A stretch of DNA of 64,000 nucleotides, from the NCBI GenBank assembly GCA_041744215.1, contig JBGTLG010000025.1, positions 75,381 to 139,380 of the forward strand, given 5' to 3'. Position numbers and translations under genes: made by a program. This stretch comes from Fimbriimonadales bacterium (GTDB lineage: Bacteria; Armatimonadota; Fimbriimonadia; Fimbriimonadales; ATM1). Every line of letters starts with the position of its first letter. Position 1 is the stretch's first letter. Below are positions 48,587 through 58,867 of this stretch, in pieces. The notes beneath the pieces are model-generated. The model did no database searches and was not told the DNA's origin. It saw nothing but the letters and a program-made list of their open reading frames with translations.

Positions 48587-50484
48587 GCGAACGGGTCGTC
48601 TGCATCGGCTGGGTATTGCCCGGTGACTTGTTGCGGAGCTAACTTGCCCAGTCGCCGGAGCACCTCTCTTGGAGCGTCTCCGCTACCTATCTGCTGCTCG
48701 ACCCTGTGGAGGATCGCGGGACGGTCCGGCGTCGTCACCTGGTCAAGGTGAGCCCAGATTTCGTGCGGCTTTAGTTCAGGATCGCGCACCACCGCCAATC
48801 GCACGATTCGGTCTTCGATCCGTTCAACGACCTTCGCCGGCCAACGCGCCATGCCGTCGCTGCCTTTCAGGACGGGCGGGATCGGGAACTTGATAAAGAT
48901 TGGCTGGCTAAAGTGCGGATGGCGAACCATCATTTCGCCTGGGCTTGCACTCGCGAGTTTTTCGCGAATGGCTGCAGGATAGACGGTGTAGATTGAGTTG
49001 GTCAACTCTTCAAGTTGGATGTGCCCATATGCTGAGTTTGCCGCATTGCCTACGATTTGTGCATCGACCTTTGAGCGGAATTGCTGCGCACCAAAGAGCG
49101 TGAGGCCGAGGTAGCGACCCCGCGCAGCAATGTCTCGCAAACTTTGAACAACATAGGTGTCTCGTCCCCCGCTGGGAGCGTACTTGTTCAGTTCATCGAC
49201 GGCGACTATTAGTCTACGCACGCCGAGCCTTCCCAACTCCATCTTCTCTCGGAGTTTGCCGATAACGGATGCAAAGACTAAGTCCTGAGCATCAGATGCC
49301 ATGCGTGAAACATCAATCACATAAATGTGTCGATCATCGAATGCCTCGGGCAGCGCTGGAACCGGATCACCTCCGGCAGAAATCAGTCCTGGAAACCGCA
49401 TTAGAAATCCACTCAGTCGGTTGTGCATCTTCCGTATTGTCGCCACGTGATGCGATTGGAACGTGGTCTCATTGTTGGCCTTTGCCTCATCAAGCATCTT
49501 CTGAATGCAGGCGAGCATTTCGCGAAGCGTTCTGAAAGTGGCTTGCGTGCCTTCTAGGATGAGCTTCTCTTCGTTCGCGGCTACCTTTCTGAGGAACTGT
49601 AAGAACGCGTCGGCCTTTGCGTCCAAGTCGTCTCTATTGAGCAGCACCTCTGCATGTTCGAGGGCTTCGCTGAGACCAAAGCAGAAGCCGGAAGTTGGGC
49701 TGTTTTTGAAGTCTTCGTGCGTTCGCAGCGAGTCCACGACTTCTTTCGCCTCATCCTTGAATGGAGCGCAATAATGGACATTGGTAAACGGCTTCGGGTC
49801 CAATCCACAAACGCTGTACATTCGACGATGCTCTTCGTCTAAGGGTGACTGGGTCTCATGGTCTAAGAACAGAAGATCTCCGCCTTTTACGTTGAACAGC
49901 ACGGTCGCAACTCCCTCTCCGCCCTCACCGCGAAATCGTTGAAAGATCGAAGTCAAGAGGAAGAGGATGTAGCTGGTCTTAGCCGCAAGCCCGCTCGTTC
50001 CCGTCACGTTTAGGTGGCCTGCCTCGGGGCCGAGTAAGAACTCAGGATCAGCGTAGACAGCCATCGGGTTTGCTTTGGATCCGTAGACACCGATCGGAAT
50101 TCCGCGATCACGATACTTTCCTGCGCCGAGCGCATCGTTGAGGTCTTCTTCAGTTGCTTCAAAAACTGGACCAATGCCAATTGCGCCAACCGGCTCCTCC
50201 GGCATTCTTCGCAACACGGCTGCTTCGTAGAGTCGGACTTCGGGACGAGCAGTCGGCGGCGTCATGTCTGGCCTTCCTTCCCTCCCTAAAAAGTCAGCCA
50301 TCGCACCTGGGACGTCATTGTAAGCGTACGCCTGAACAACGATTCCGAAAACTTTTGTATCGGCGTACTCAGCGCGGATCACTGTTCCGATTCCGATGCG
50401 GCACTTCTGGTCGGCCCAGAATCGAAACGAGTAAGCCGTGTTCGGCGAGGATTCCGTGGCGACGACGTGTCCGATCAAACTCAT
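48583..50484 (-). CDS. HerA-like ATPase (HAS barrel plus P-loop domain)
   Basis: HLNVTGTSGLAAKTS (variant Walker A), FNVKG.D, VAVDELNKYAP, DIAARGRYLG..LFGAQQ. Confidence 0.88.
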   Translation of the reverse strand: MSLIGHVVATESSPNTAYSFRFWADQKCRIGIGTVIRAEYADTKVFGIVVQAYAYNDVPGAMADFLGREGRPDMTPPTARPEVRLYEAAVLRRMPEEPVGAIGIGPVFEATEEDLNDALGAGKYRDRGIPIGVYGSKANPMAVYADPEFLLGPEAGHLNVTGTSGLAAKTSYILFLLTSIFQRFRGEGGEGVATVLFNVKGGDLLFLDHETQSPLDEEHRRMYSVCGLDPKPFTNVHYCAPFKDEAKEVVDSLRTHEDFKNSPTSGFCFGLSEALEHAEVLLNRDDLDAKADAFLQFLRKVAANEEKLILEGTQATFRTLREMLACIQKMLDEAKANNETTFQSHHVATIRKMHNRLSGFLMRFPGLISAGGDPVPALPEAFDDRHIYVIDVSRMASDAQDLVFASVIGKLREKMELGRLGVRRLIVAVDELNKYAPSGGRDTYVVQSLRDIAARGRYLGLTLFGAQQFRSKVDAQIVGNAANSAYGHIQLEELTNSIYTVYPAAIREKLASASPGEMMVRHPHFSQPIFIKFPIPPVLKGSDGMARWPAKVVERIEDRIVRLAVVRDPELKPHEIWAHLDQVTTPDRPAILHRVEQQIGSGDAPREVLRRLGKLAPQQVTGQYPADADDPFA

Positions 50485-50488
50485 AGAT

Positions 50489-51472
50489 TCAGACCCCTAT
50501 CATGGCCGAAAGCGTGGCTTCGCTCGGGTGGCGCGCGCGCAAGAACTGCTCGACGAATCGAATTGGATAAAGTAGACGATCGAATCGCGCGTCCGGCAGC
50601 GACAGCGGCGCTCTCTCCGCCATCAGCCAAGAGCTTACGGTATCGACGTGGTTGAGCGTCTCTTCAGCGGCTGGCATCTCGACGCGGATCAGCCCGAATG
50701 CCGGCGACTCACCATCGTCGCTTCGCAGGCGCAGGTACCAACTCCACGAAACGTCTCCATGTCGAGTGCGGGCTTCGAACACAGAGGTTCGCTCCCCTTC
50801 GTCAAGGCCGAGCACGACCTTACTCGGGGCGGTCGATGAAAAGTACTGCTTTCGATGTGATTTGACCACGCCAACGACGCGCTTAAACTCACCCACTCTT
50901 TTGCAAACTTGAGCAATCCCTCCGTCGACAAACAGCCATCCATCAGTATCCGACTCAAGCCAGGTGCGAATCAGTTTAACTTCCAGTAAATCTCGTGTTG
51001 CGCTAATCTCGTTGCGCACATCCTCTGCCATTCCTGACATGCCCCGATTGGGCTCGCATTGCACCGGGTGAATGTCATACTCGTTTGACGCCCTGAGCAA
51101 GCCGAGGGCTGTCGATTCGGAGGGTGCGAATACGCCAAGTTTCGCTTCATAGGCCTGAGGGCTCAGTATCATGTCGACATCCGCCCGAACAAGAACCGCG
51201 CCATTTAAAAACGCAACGTACCCCGGCATGTCGTGATCGTAGAACGCCAGCCGCGCGCGCTGCGCTCCATCCATGAAGTGCGTAAAGTCTGATTTGCCTG
51301 TATTGGCAACTGCGAACATTTTGAGTTCCGATCCCTCTACGACGCGTGCATCCTCCGCCGAACTGTCAGTAAGCCCAAAGAAGACCTCGTCATCGAGTTC
51401 GGCGGGACGGCGAATCAATCGGAGCCCTTCTCGGGCACCGAGCAACGAAGCTATAGATCTCCCCGCGACCAC
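50489..51472 (-). CDS. NurA-like nuclease
   Basis: FMDG, LFVDGG, VGVVKSH, GERTSVF, SWYLRLR, D.R...LYPI..VE; 4 nt upstream of the HerA-like gene. Confidence 0.78.
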   Translation of the reverse strand: MVAGRSIASLLGAREGLRLIRRPAELDDEVFFGLTDSSAEDARVVEGSELKMFAVANTGKSDFTHFMDGAQRARLAFYDHDMPGYVAFLNGAVLVRADVDMILSPQAYEAKLGVFAPSESTALGLLRASNEYDIHPVQCEPNRGMSGMAEDVRNEISATRDLLEVKLIRTWLESDTDGWLFVDGGIAQVCKRVGEFKRVVGVVKSHRKQYFSSTAPSKVVLGLDEGERTSVFEARTRHGDVSWSWYLRLRSDDGESPAFGLIRVEMPAAEETLNHVDTVSSWLMAERAPLSLPDARFDRLLYPIRFVEQFLRARHPSEATLSAMIGV

Positions 51473-51553
51473 AGGCGAATTGTAGCATGCGTCTCACTGC
51501 TATTTTGGGATTCTGGAACTGGTCTCCCCCAGGTCGCGTACACTTTCAACACT

Positions 51554-52705
51554 ATGATCGCCGCCATCTTCGCACTCGCGCCCGTCAGTGTACCGATCGA
51601 TGACTTCGAAGCCGTTTGGGCTGATTGTCGCAGGGCTGTCGAAACGCGCTACTACGCCCGAAGGATCAAGGCGGAGCGCATGAATGAGATTCTCGACATG
51701 TTTGAGCCGCTTGCGAAGGCCGCGGCCACACGCAAAGAGTTCGATGTCGTTATGGACAGGATGGTTGCCGAGTTCGGTGACTCTCACTTTGACTTCCTAT
51801 CTGACCATGAGCAAGGTTACTACCTGATGGACGGTTTCCGCGGAGATGCTGCGGCGACTTACCCGCACCTTGGCGCGTGGTTCACCAAGAACCCGGACGG
51901 CTATACGGTGACAATGCTGTTGCAAGGACTTCCAGCTGCAGAGGCGAAACTGAGAAAAGGGGATGTGTTGTTGCGCATCGACGGCGAGCCGTTCGTACCG
52001 ATCGAGTCTCTCCGAGAACGAAAGAACAAGGAGTCGAAGATAGAGTTTCAACGTGGGAGCTCGACCATGACGGCCACCGTCCCCGTTCGGTCTTCTAAGG
52101 GATTTGATATGTTTTTAGAAGCGACAAAGAACAGTGCGCGGATCATCGATCATAACGGCAAGCGCTTTGGCTACATCCACATTTGGCTAATGGCACACAG
52201 AAGCTTTCGAGAAACGTTGGCAGAGTTCTTGAAAGGCGAGGCAGCGGAAACTGACGCGTTTATTCTCGACATTCGAGACGGCTTCGGTGGACGACCAGAA
52301 GGCTATGCTGAACTATTCAAAAGGGACGACGGTGGCTCCGGTTATTCGAAACCGCTGGTTGTTCTTACGAATCAGGGCTCGAGAAGTGCGAAGGAAGTTT
52401 TTGCGTATCAGATCAAGAAGACCGAGCGCGCAACGCTGATTGGCACTCGCACTGCAGGCCACGTGCTTGGTACGACTCCATGGAAGGTGCGAGACTGGGC
52501 GTACTTTGAAATTCCAATTGTAGAGTTTCGGGTAGACGGAGTATCGCTCGAAGGAACGGGCGTCGAGCCACACATTGCAGTTGAGCGTGAACTGGGGCTA
52601 AATGGCGAGGACCTGCATTTGATGCGCGCTCTGGAGTTTCTAGGGGGCTCGAATCTGCAAACAAGTCTCGCTCGAAGCGTTTCTCACATGGTATCCCCTA
52701 GGTAG
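51554..52705 (+). CDS. S41 family peptidase with PDZ domain
   Basis: DSH, PDZ (PA..A.LRKGD), LDIRDGFGG, SAKE, GTRTAG, EGTGVEP. Confidence 0.9.
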   Translation: MIAAIFALAPVSVPIDDFEAVWADCRRAVETRYYARRIKAERMNEILDMFEPLAKAAATRKEFDVVMDRMVAEFGDSHFDFLSDHEQGYYLMDGFRGDAAATYPHLGAWFTKNPDGYTVTMLLQGLPAAEAKLRKGDVLLRIDGEPFVPIESLRERKNKESKIEFQRGSSTMTATVPVRSSKGFDMFLEATKNSARIIDHNGKRFGYIHIWLMAHRSFRETLAEFLKGEAAETDAFILDIRDGFGGRPEGYAELFKRDDGGSGYSKPLVVLTNQGSRSAKEVFAYQIKKTERATLIGTRTAGHVLGTTPWKVRDWAYFEIPIVEFRVDGVSLEGTGVEPHIAVERELGLNGEDLHLMRALEFLGGSNLQTSLARSVSHMVSPR

Positions 52706-52722
52706 ATTGGCACCAATCCTGC

Positions 52723-54615
52723 TTGCTAATCTCCATGTTTAGCATGGTGGTTGCGGGCGCGGGAATGCTCGGTTCCTCAGCGGCTCTACAGGAGGCCGTT
52801 GACCGAATCCTGGACTCCGGTGGCGGGGTCCTTTCGATTTCGGGGACCATTGAGCTCGAAGCACCCCTTGTGATTCGTCACCGTGACGGCGATCCGCAGC
52901 TAACAATCCGCGCGCAGGACGGCGAATCCGCCGTTTTGTCTGGGGGACGGAAGATCACCGATTGGACTGAGTCTGTCCTCGGTGGAAGGCGAGTTTGGTC
53001 CGCGCCGATCAACGACGTTGAGTTCACCGCGTTATGGGTGGATGGCCAAAGACGGCAACGCGCTCGGCACCCCAACAGCGGCTATCTTATGACTCCCGGA
53101 TCTCCAGAAAGGACTGACTCTCTGTGGACAGGAAACCGCAGCTTCAGCTATCCGAGGAACTCCGTCAAGCCGGTGTTTCATGCAGATGGCGTTGAGGCGA
53201 TCGTAATGACTCGCTGGATCGCTTCGAGAGTTCCCGTTGCACGGATTGACACTACACACTCGCTCATACACACACTTCAGCCGACCGAGCTTACGATTGA
53301 TCGAGGGGACATCTTCTATCTGGAGAATGCCCCCGAATTCTTGGATTCGCCCGGTGAGTGGTGGATTGATAAGGCGCGAAAACTGCTCCATTACATTCCA
53401 CTACCCACCGAGGAGTGTGGGTCGACAGTGGCGGTCTACCCCCGGCTTAAGACACTTTTGCGAATCGAGGGCGCGCCTGACACCGGTACGTTTGTAAGAA
53501 ACGTTCGGTTTGAAGGAATTGAGTTTACACACACCGATTGGGAGAGCCCTCGCGGCCAAAAACTTGGACAGGCGGCAGTAACGGTGAGCGCTGCAATCGA
53601 GGTGCGTGGTGCGATCGATTGTTCTTTTGATCGGTGCACGATCCGAAACGTCGGCGGCTCGGCGATCAAGCTCGCCGCAGGCACTAAGAATGTCGTGATT
53701 TCCCGATGCCACATCGATGACTTTGGCGCAAGCGGCATCCTGATCGGACCGCATCTCGCGCCCACACTCGATTCGCTTGAGTCCAGAAGCAACGTGGTCG
53801 AAAACTGTCTTATCACGAACGGCGGCAGGACCGTTCACGGCGGTGTTGGCGTTTGGATCGGACATAGCTCTGACAATCGCGTCTCGAATAATCGTATTGC
53901 CAATCTGTTTTACACAGGCATCTCCGTCGGGTGGAAATGGGGCCCTGGCTTCTCGCACGCCCACAGCAACACCATCCGGCAGAATCATGTTCATGACATA
54001 GGACACCCGAGTTTCGACGTCGGACCTATCTTGAGCGATCTCGCAGGCATTTACACACTTGGAGAGCAACCAGGAACGCGCATCGAGGGCAATCGAATCG
54101 CTAAAGTTGCTGCGAGAAAATACGCGGGGGCCGGAATCTACCTCGATGAAGGCAGCGCGACGATCGAAGTGATTCGGAATCATGTCGTTGGGTCATCGCA
54201 CCACTCGCTTTTGATCAACGGCGGACGCAGCAATCTCGTCAGCGAGAATCACTTTCTTTTCGCGGGGGCGGCCCAGATCGACATTGGACCAGGTAGAGGC
54301 ATTCAGATTATGCGGTTTGAGCGCAACCTGGTTGCTTGGGACACCGGCGACGCGTACTACACTTTTCGGACTTGGCAGTCGTTTTCAGCGAAGGACAATT
54401 TGTACTGGCGACTTCGTTTCGCACGAAACATTCGGTTCTTCACTTTTGGACTTCGCGCGTGGAACATGCTTGGGTCCGAGCAGGGCGCACAAGTTGCTGA
54501 CCCGATCTTCGCTCCTACTGATGGATGGAGTTATGGTCTTGATGCAAAGTCCCCGGCGCACGCGAAGGGGATTCCGGACTTTGACCCTAGCGTCGCTGGA
54601 CCCCTTCTAGACTAA
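52723..54615 (+). CDS. Right-handed parallel beta-helix protein (GH141-like)
   Basis: LSGG, RARHPN, YLEN..LD.PGEW, YTGISVGW.W, LSD..GIYTLG.QPG, GIYLDEGS. Confidence 0.85.
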   Translation: MLISMFSMVVAGAGMLGSSAALQEAVDRILDSGGGVLSISGTIELEAPLVIRHRDGDPQLTIRAQDGESAVLSGGRKITDWTESVLGGRRVWSAPINDVEFTALWVDGQRRQRARHPNSGYLMTPGSPERTDSLWTGNRSFSYPRNSVKPVFHADGVEAIVMTRWIASRVPVARIDTTHSLIHTLQPTELTIDRGDIFYLENAPEFLDSPGEWWIDKARKLLHYIPLPTEECGSTVAVYPRLKTLLRIEGAPDTGTFVRNVRFEGIEFTHTDWESPRGQKLGQAAVTVSAAIEVRGAIDCSFDRCTIRNVGGSAIKLAAGTKNVVISRCHIDDFGASGILIGPHLAPTLDSLESRSNVVENCLITNGGRTVHGGVGVWIGHSSDNRVSNNRIANLFYTGISVGWKWGPGFSHAHSNTIRQNHVHDIGHPSFDVGPILSDLAGIYTLGEQPGTRIEGNRIAKVAARKYAGAGIYLDEGSATIEVIRNHVVGSSHHSLLINGGRSNLVSENHFLFAGAAQIDIGPGRGIQIMRFERNLVAWDTGDAYYTFRTWQSFSAKDNLYWRLRFARNIRFFTFGLRAWNMLGSEQGAQVADPIFAPTDGWSYGLDAKSPAHAKGIPDFDPSVAGPLLD

Positions 54616-55500
54616 TCAAGACGCGAGCCGTCGGGGATTGACAATATCCCGAATTGAGGGGCGAACCCCTTTCCGCTTTCTTCGGTACATATCTGCGTCC
54701 GCAGCCTGCACGAGTTGTGGGAAGTTGAATCCCCCCGGTCCAAACTGAGAGACACCGAACGTGAATGACATTCGGGAGATGAACGCTTCGGTCATCCCAG
54801 CGAACCGGTCGTTGATTCGCAACATGATCGCTTCCGCCTCATCCGCATTAACGTCTTGCAGAACGACCATGAACTCGTCTCCCCCCCACCTGGCGACTGT
54901 GCCGACCGGTTGAACGCCTTTATCGAGCTTTTCCGCAAGCATCTTGAGGATTCGATCACCTATCGAGTGTCCGAACTGATCATTGGCTGCTTTGAATTGG
55001 TCAACGTCGATCATGACGACACAGAGCGGTTCCCTGTTCCGAATTGTCCGCTCGATGGCGAATCTCGCGTACTGCGTCATCGCCTGGCGATTCAAGAGAT
55101 CGGTCAGTGAGTCGCGGAGCGCTGCAGACTGAGCCTGGCGCTTTCGATCTTCTACCGACCAGATAAGAAACATCACAAGGGTGAGAGTCCCACCCCTCAG
55201 GAGGGCGCTTCCTATCAGCTCGGATTGGCCGATGTTTGGGTTGCCGCGCATATCTGTGACGCTGAGTACGATCAGCGTGGCCGCAACAGAGCCAACCCCA
55301 GACCAAAAATTACCGATTCGGGCCGCAATCCAGATCGGGATGATGTAAAGGAAAAGCAGGCCCACTAGGCCGCCGGTCGCCTGGTGAAGGAGGTAGACGC
55401 CGCCGAGGGTAACGGCCGCCGCGAAAACCGCACACGCAACCGGACATTCTTCATAGGTCGCCGCCGCGGAGTCGTAGATTCGCTTGAGCCAAGGTCTCAT
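54616..55500 (-). CDS. Membrane diguanylate cyclase
   Basis: N-terminal TM helices; DSLTDLLNR, DVDQFKAANDQFGH, RWGGDEF, AD..MY. Confidence 0.93.
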   Translation of the reverse strand: MRPWLKRIYDSAAATYEECPVACAVFAAAVTLGGVYLLHQATGGLVGLLFLYIIPIWIAARIGNFWSGVGSVAATLIVLSVTDMRGNPNIGQSELIGSALLRGGTLTLVMFLIWSVEDRKRQAQSAALRDSLTDLLNRQAMTQYARFAIERTIRNREPLCVVMIDVDQFKAANDQFGHSIGDRILKMLAEKLDKGVQPVGTVARWGGDEFMVVLQDVNADEAEAIMLRINDRFAGMTEAFISRMSFTFGVSQFGPGGFNFPQLVQAADADMYRRKRKGVRPSIRDIVNPRRLAS

Positions 55501-55584
55501 ACTCCTTTTATCGGCTAGTTTCGAGAAACCTCAACTAGTACTTTAGACAATTTTTGAGGGGAAAGCGCAGATTGAGGTCGATAA

Positions 55585-55962
55585 TCAACGTTTCTGGAGG
55601 CGGCCTTGCTGCCCGTCGACCATGTAAGACAAAACCTTGTCATCCTGCTCGAGCTTAGCCTCGATGGTGACCGGCTGGACAGGTTGGCCGTCCGCCTTGC
55701 TTACCGTGAGGCGTACTGAGGCCCCTTCTCGCGTGTACTGCCCCTCCTGGATGAGCGTGCGCGGACCAATTGCGGTCGTGAGAGCGAAGGTCTCGTCGTA
55801 GTTGAAGATCGCTTCGACCGTCCCAGGCTCGCGCGCCTCCACTACGCCAAGCGGGGGCGGAGTCTGCCCGGCCCACTTGCCGAGGAGCGGGTTGTAGGGG
55901 CGCGCCTGGCACGCTGCGCCGACTGCGACGACCGCTATTGCCAGGAGGATTGCCTGTCTCAT
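55585..55962 (-). CDS. Putative lipoprotein
   Basis: Lipobox-like GAAC after a hydrophobic signal; NPLLGKW. Confidence 0.7.
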   Translation of the reverse strand: MRQAILLAIAVVAVGAACQARPYNPLLGKWAGQTPPPLGVVEAREPGTVEAIFNYDETFALTTAIGPRTLIQEGQYTREGASVRLTVSKADGQPVQPVTIEAKLEQDDKVLSYMVDGQQGRLQKR

Positions 55963-56450
55963 CTGTAGTTCTCGAACTGCACCGCGAACGGAAGATCCAT
56001 TTGCTTAATGAGCGCCATGGCCTTCTGAAGTTCATCCTTATCCTTGCCGGACACTCGAAGCTGATCGCCCTGGATCTGAGAGTGAACCTTCAACTTGGAG
56101 TCGCGGATCTCCTTCGAGATGGACTTCCCTTCCTCTTGGGGGATCCCTTGCTTTAACTTGATTGTCTGCTTCAGGGTGATTTTTGCACCGGGCTCCGGCT
56201 TCGAGTAGTCCAGGTGTCGCAAATCGATCCCTCGCTTTACGAGTTTGCTTTCCACAATATCTCTGACTTGGGCAAGTTTGAATTCGTCGTCTCCGACGAT
56301 GTGAACGCCGTCTTTTTCCAACTCAATCTCCGATGAGGACCCTTTGAAGTCCCACCGATTGGCGAGCTCTTTCTTGGCTTGGTCTACCGCGTTGCGCACC
56401 TCTTGCGGATCAACCCGAGAGACGACGTCGAACGAAAACTCCTTTGACAT
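55959..56450 (-). CDS. yajQ: YajQ family nucleotide/c-di-GMP-binding protein
   Basis: SFDVVS, NAVDQA.KE..R.DFKG, IQGDQLRVSGK, QFENYR. Confidence 0.96.
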   Translation of the reverse strand: MSKEFSFDVVSRVDPQEVRNAVDQAKKELANRWDFKGSSSEIELEKDGVHIVGDDEFKLAQVRDIVESKLVKRGIDLRHLDYSKPEPGAKITLKQTIKLKQGIPQEEGKSISKEIRDSKLKVHSQIQGDQLRVSGKDKDELQKAMALIKQMDLPFAVQFENYR

Positions 56451-56534
56451 GCAGGGGTAAATTCTACTCTGAACTGGAACCTATTGCCCAGGCACGGAGT
56501 TTCCAAGTAATGATCGGAGAAACAGAAGACCCCA

Positions 56535-57161
56535 ATGAGACAGATTTTTGCGATGATTGGTCTGGCAGTCGCGATCGGCTGCGGGACCGGAATCGAACTC
56601 GCTCAAGCTCAGTCGCGCCGCGATACGACGAAGGTCGGTACAAAACCAGGAGACATCGGGACGTCGTCTGATCCGCTCGCCGCCGCCAGAGCGCGCGGAA
56701 ATGAACTCGCCGCATTCGGACAAGGTTGTTTCTGGTGCTATGAGCCGTTTTATCGCGGGACCGATGGGGTGATCGCCACCGCGGTAGGGTACACAGGGGG
56801 ACACCTCAAGAACCCGACGTACAAAGAAGTTTGCACAGGTACCACCGGGCATGCGGAGGCTGTGCTGATCGAATTCAATCCGAAGCAAGTCTCTTACGAG
56901 AAGCTATTGGAGATCTTTTGGACCACGCATGATCCAACGACCAAAGATCGGCAAGGACCGGACGTGGGGCCACAGTATCGCTCCGCAATTTTTTGCTTCT
57001 CCACTGACCAGGTGGAAGCGGCAAGAGCCTCGGCGCTGAAGGCACAATCGGCGTGGAAGGATCCAATTGTCACGGACATTGCCCCGGCGGGCGAGTTTTG
57101 GATTGCCGAAGAGTATCACCAGCAGTACTATGAAAAGAGGGGTATCAAGTCCGGGGGTTAG
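56535..57161 (+). CDS. msrA: Peptide methionine sulfoxide reductase A (exported)
   Basis: GCFW, GYTGG, TGHAE, HDPT, QYRS, AEEYHQQY; lipoprotein-like signal. Confidence 0.95.
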   Translation: MRQIFAMIGLAVAIGCGTGIELAQAQSRRDTTKVGTKPGDIGTSSDPLAAARARGNELAAFGQGCFWCYEPFYRGTDGVIATAVGYTGGHLKNPTYKEVCTGTTGHAEAVLIEFNPKQVSYEKLLEIFWTTHDPTTKDRQGPDVGPQYRSAIFCFSTDQVEAARASALKAQSAWKDPIVTDIAPAGEFWIAEEYHQQYYEKRGIKSGG

Positions 57162-57222
57162 CGCGTGGATTTCAACACGCCCTTCTGCTGTGCATCACTG
57201 TGATGATTAATGCCATGGCAGG

Positions 57223-57459
57223 ATGAATTGGATGAGACTGCTGAAGCTATCTGGAGGAATCATCGGATGTCTAGCAGGCGTTGCTGGATGCCTAATTGGC
57301 GGTGCAATCGGCTACTACGCCTTTCATGTCCGATTCCGCTTCGGCCATGGATCAATGGGAATGTTTGAAGTGCTACTCCTCACCAGTATCGCTTTGCTGA
57401 CGATTATGTTCGGAGTGGGACTGATGAGAGCTTCGTGGAGATTGGCAAGGTCTGCTTAA
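57223..57459 (+). CDS. Small two-TM membrane protein
   Basis: Two hydrophobic segments; fills the gap between msrA and the GH109 gene. Confidence 0.55.
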   Translation: MNWMRLLKLSGGIIGCLAGVAGCLIGGAIGYYAFHVRFRFGHGSMGMFEVLLLTSIALLTIMFGVGLMRASWRLARSA

Positions 57460-58838
57460 CTCACGATTCTCAGCGGTTCCATTGTTTTCCATTTGCCACG
57501 TGTGAAATCCGGAAAGTCGATCGATTGTCCGCGATTTAACACAGACCATTCCGATAACGGAGTTACGACTGACCACGCTGCGGCGTCGTAGACATCTTGA
57601 TCCAACGCTTCGCCATTGCGCAGACAGTAGATCAAACGCCACCACATGATGAAATCCATGCCTCCGTGCCCCCCGACTCGGCGGGCTTCTTCGCCAATCT
57701 TTGTCCAGAGCGGGTGCTCATACCGCTGGAACCATCTATTTAAGTCGCTACCTTGCTCCCACCTTTCAGTCGATGGACTGTCACCTTCGATGACCACCCG
57801 GTTTGGAAACCCACCCCAAACTCCTTTTGTGCCCTGAATCAAGTTGTGGCGAGTATATGGGCGCGGCAATTGTTCGTCCCATTGGATCATCATCGTACGC
57901 CCTTCCACGGTCTTCACGATCGACGTGTTAATGTCGCCGCACACAAACTTGTGTCTACGGCGGACGCTGTCTTCCGGGAACTTTTCCTTTGCGTACTCTT
58001 CTCGTGCCATCGACGGTGAACTCACTGACGACAAGTAGTCCATTCTATCGCCACGGTTGATGTTCATGTACTGACAGATTGGTCCTAGGCCGTGCGTCGG
58101 GTACAAGTTGCCATTACGTTGCGCATAGTGCAATGTCCTCCATGATCCTGTACCTCTGACAATCTCATGCATCTGCCACCGGAGGTCGTGAATGTATGCC
58201 GCTTCGCCATGCAACAATTCCCCAAACAACCCCAGACGGCACATGTTTAGAACCAAGAGTTCTTCGCGTCCGTAACAGACATTCTCGAGCATCATGCAAT
58301 AGCGCTGATTCTTTTCGGCACTATCTACAAGCTCCCAACAGCCATCTACAGTGTATGCAGCCGGTACTTCGACCAGCGCGTGCTTGCCGGCATTCATCGA
58401 GTCTACGGACATAGGGACGTGCCACTCCCATGGAGTAGAGATCACGACCGCATCGATATCATCCCTATCAAGCATACGTCGGTACTCGGTCGATGATCGG
58501 CTAAAGGCGGCAGGCTCCTTTTTCCCGGCACGGACGCAACGATCAACGGCTCGCTTGCAGAACGCTTCATCGGTGTCGCAGACCGCCGTGACTTCAACGC
58601 CGTCAAGACGAAGCAAGTCACCGAGGTGCCCTCCGCCCCGCGCGCCAACGCCGATGAGAGCGATTCGGACGGTTTCCATGGGAAGCAGTTTCAAATCCGC
58701 AGCGGATGCGCCTTGTGGAGACGGCGAGACATCACCTTGGATCTGTGAACGGGCGGAGGCGTTAAGGCCACCTGCTAACGCGACGCTTGTAACAGCAGCC
58801 TGGCGAATGAACTCTCGACGATCGACACCGTGATCCAT
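57456..58838 (-). CDS. Tat-exported Gfo/Idh/MocA protein, GH109 alpha-N-acetylgalactosaminidase-like
   Basis: DRREFI, TPWEWH, EVP, MLENVCY, YIHDLR, YPTHGLGP, GGHGGMD. Confidence 0.92.
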   Translation of the reverse strand: MDHGVDRREFIRQAAVTSVALAGGLNASARSQIQGDVSPSPQGASAADLKLLPMETVRIALIGVGARGGGHLGDLLRLDGVEVTAVCDTDEAFCKRAVDRCVRAGKKEPAAFSRSSTEYRRMLDRDDIDAVVISTPWEWHVPMSVDSMNAGKHALVEVPAAYTVDGCWELVDSAEKNQRYCMMLENVCYGREELLVLNMCRLGLFGELLHGEAAYIHDLRWQMHEIVRGTGSWRTLHYAQRNGNLYPTHGLGPICQYMNINRGDRMDYLSSVSSPSMAREEYAKEKFPEDSVRRRHKFVCGDINTSIVKTVEGRTMMIQWDEQLPRPYTRHNLIQGTKGVWGGFPNRVVIEGDSPSTERWEQGSDLNRWFQRYEHPLWTKIGEEARRVGGHGGMDFIMWWRLIYCLRNGEALDQDVYDAAAWSVVTPLSEWSVLNRGQSIDFPDFTRGKWKTMEPLRIVS

Positions 58839-58867
58839 AGTGCTATGTTATCCCAAGATGGCGTCGC

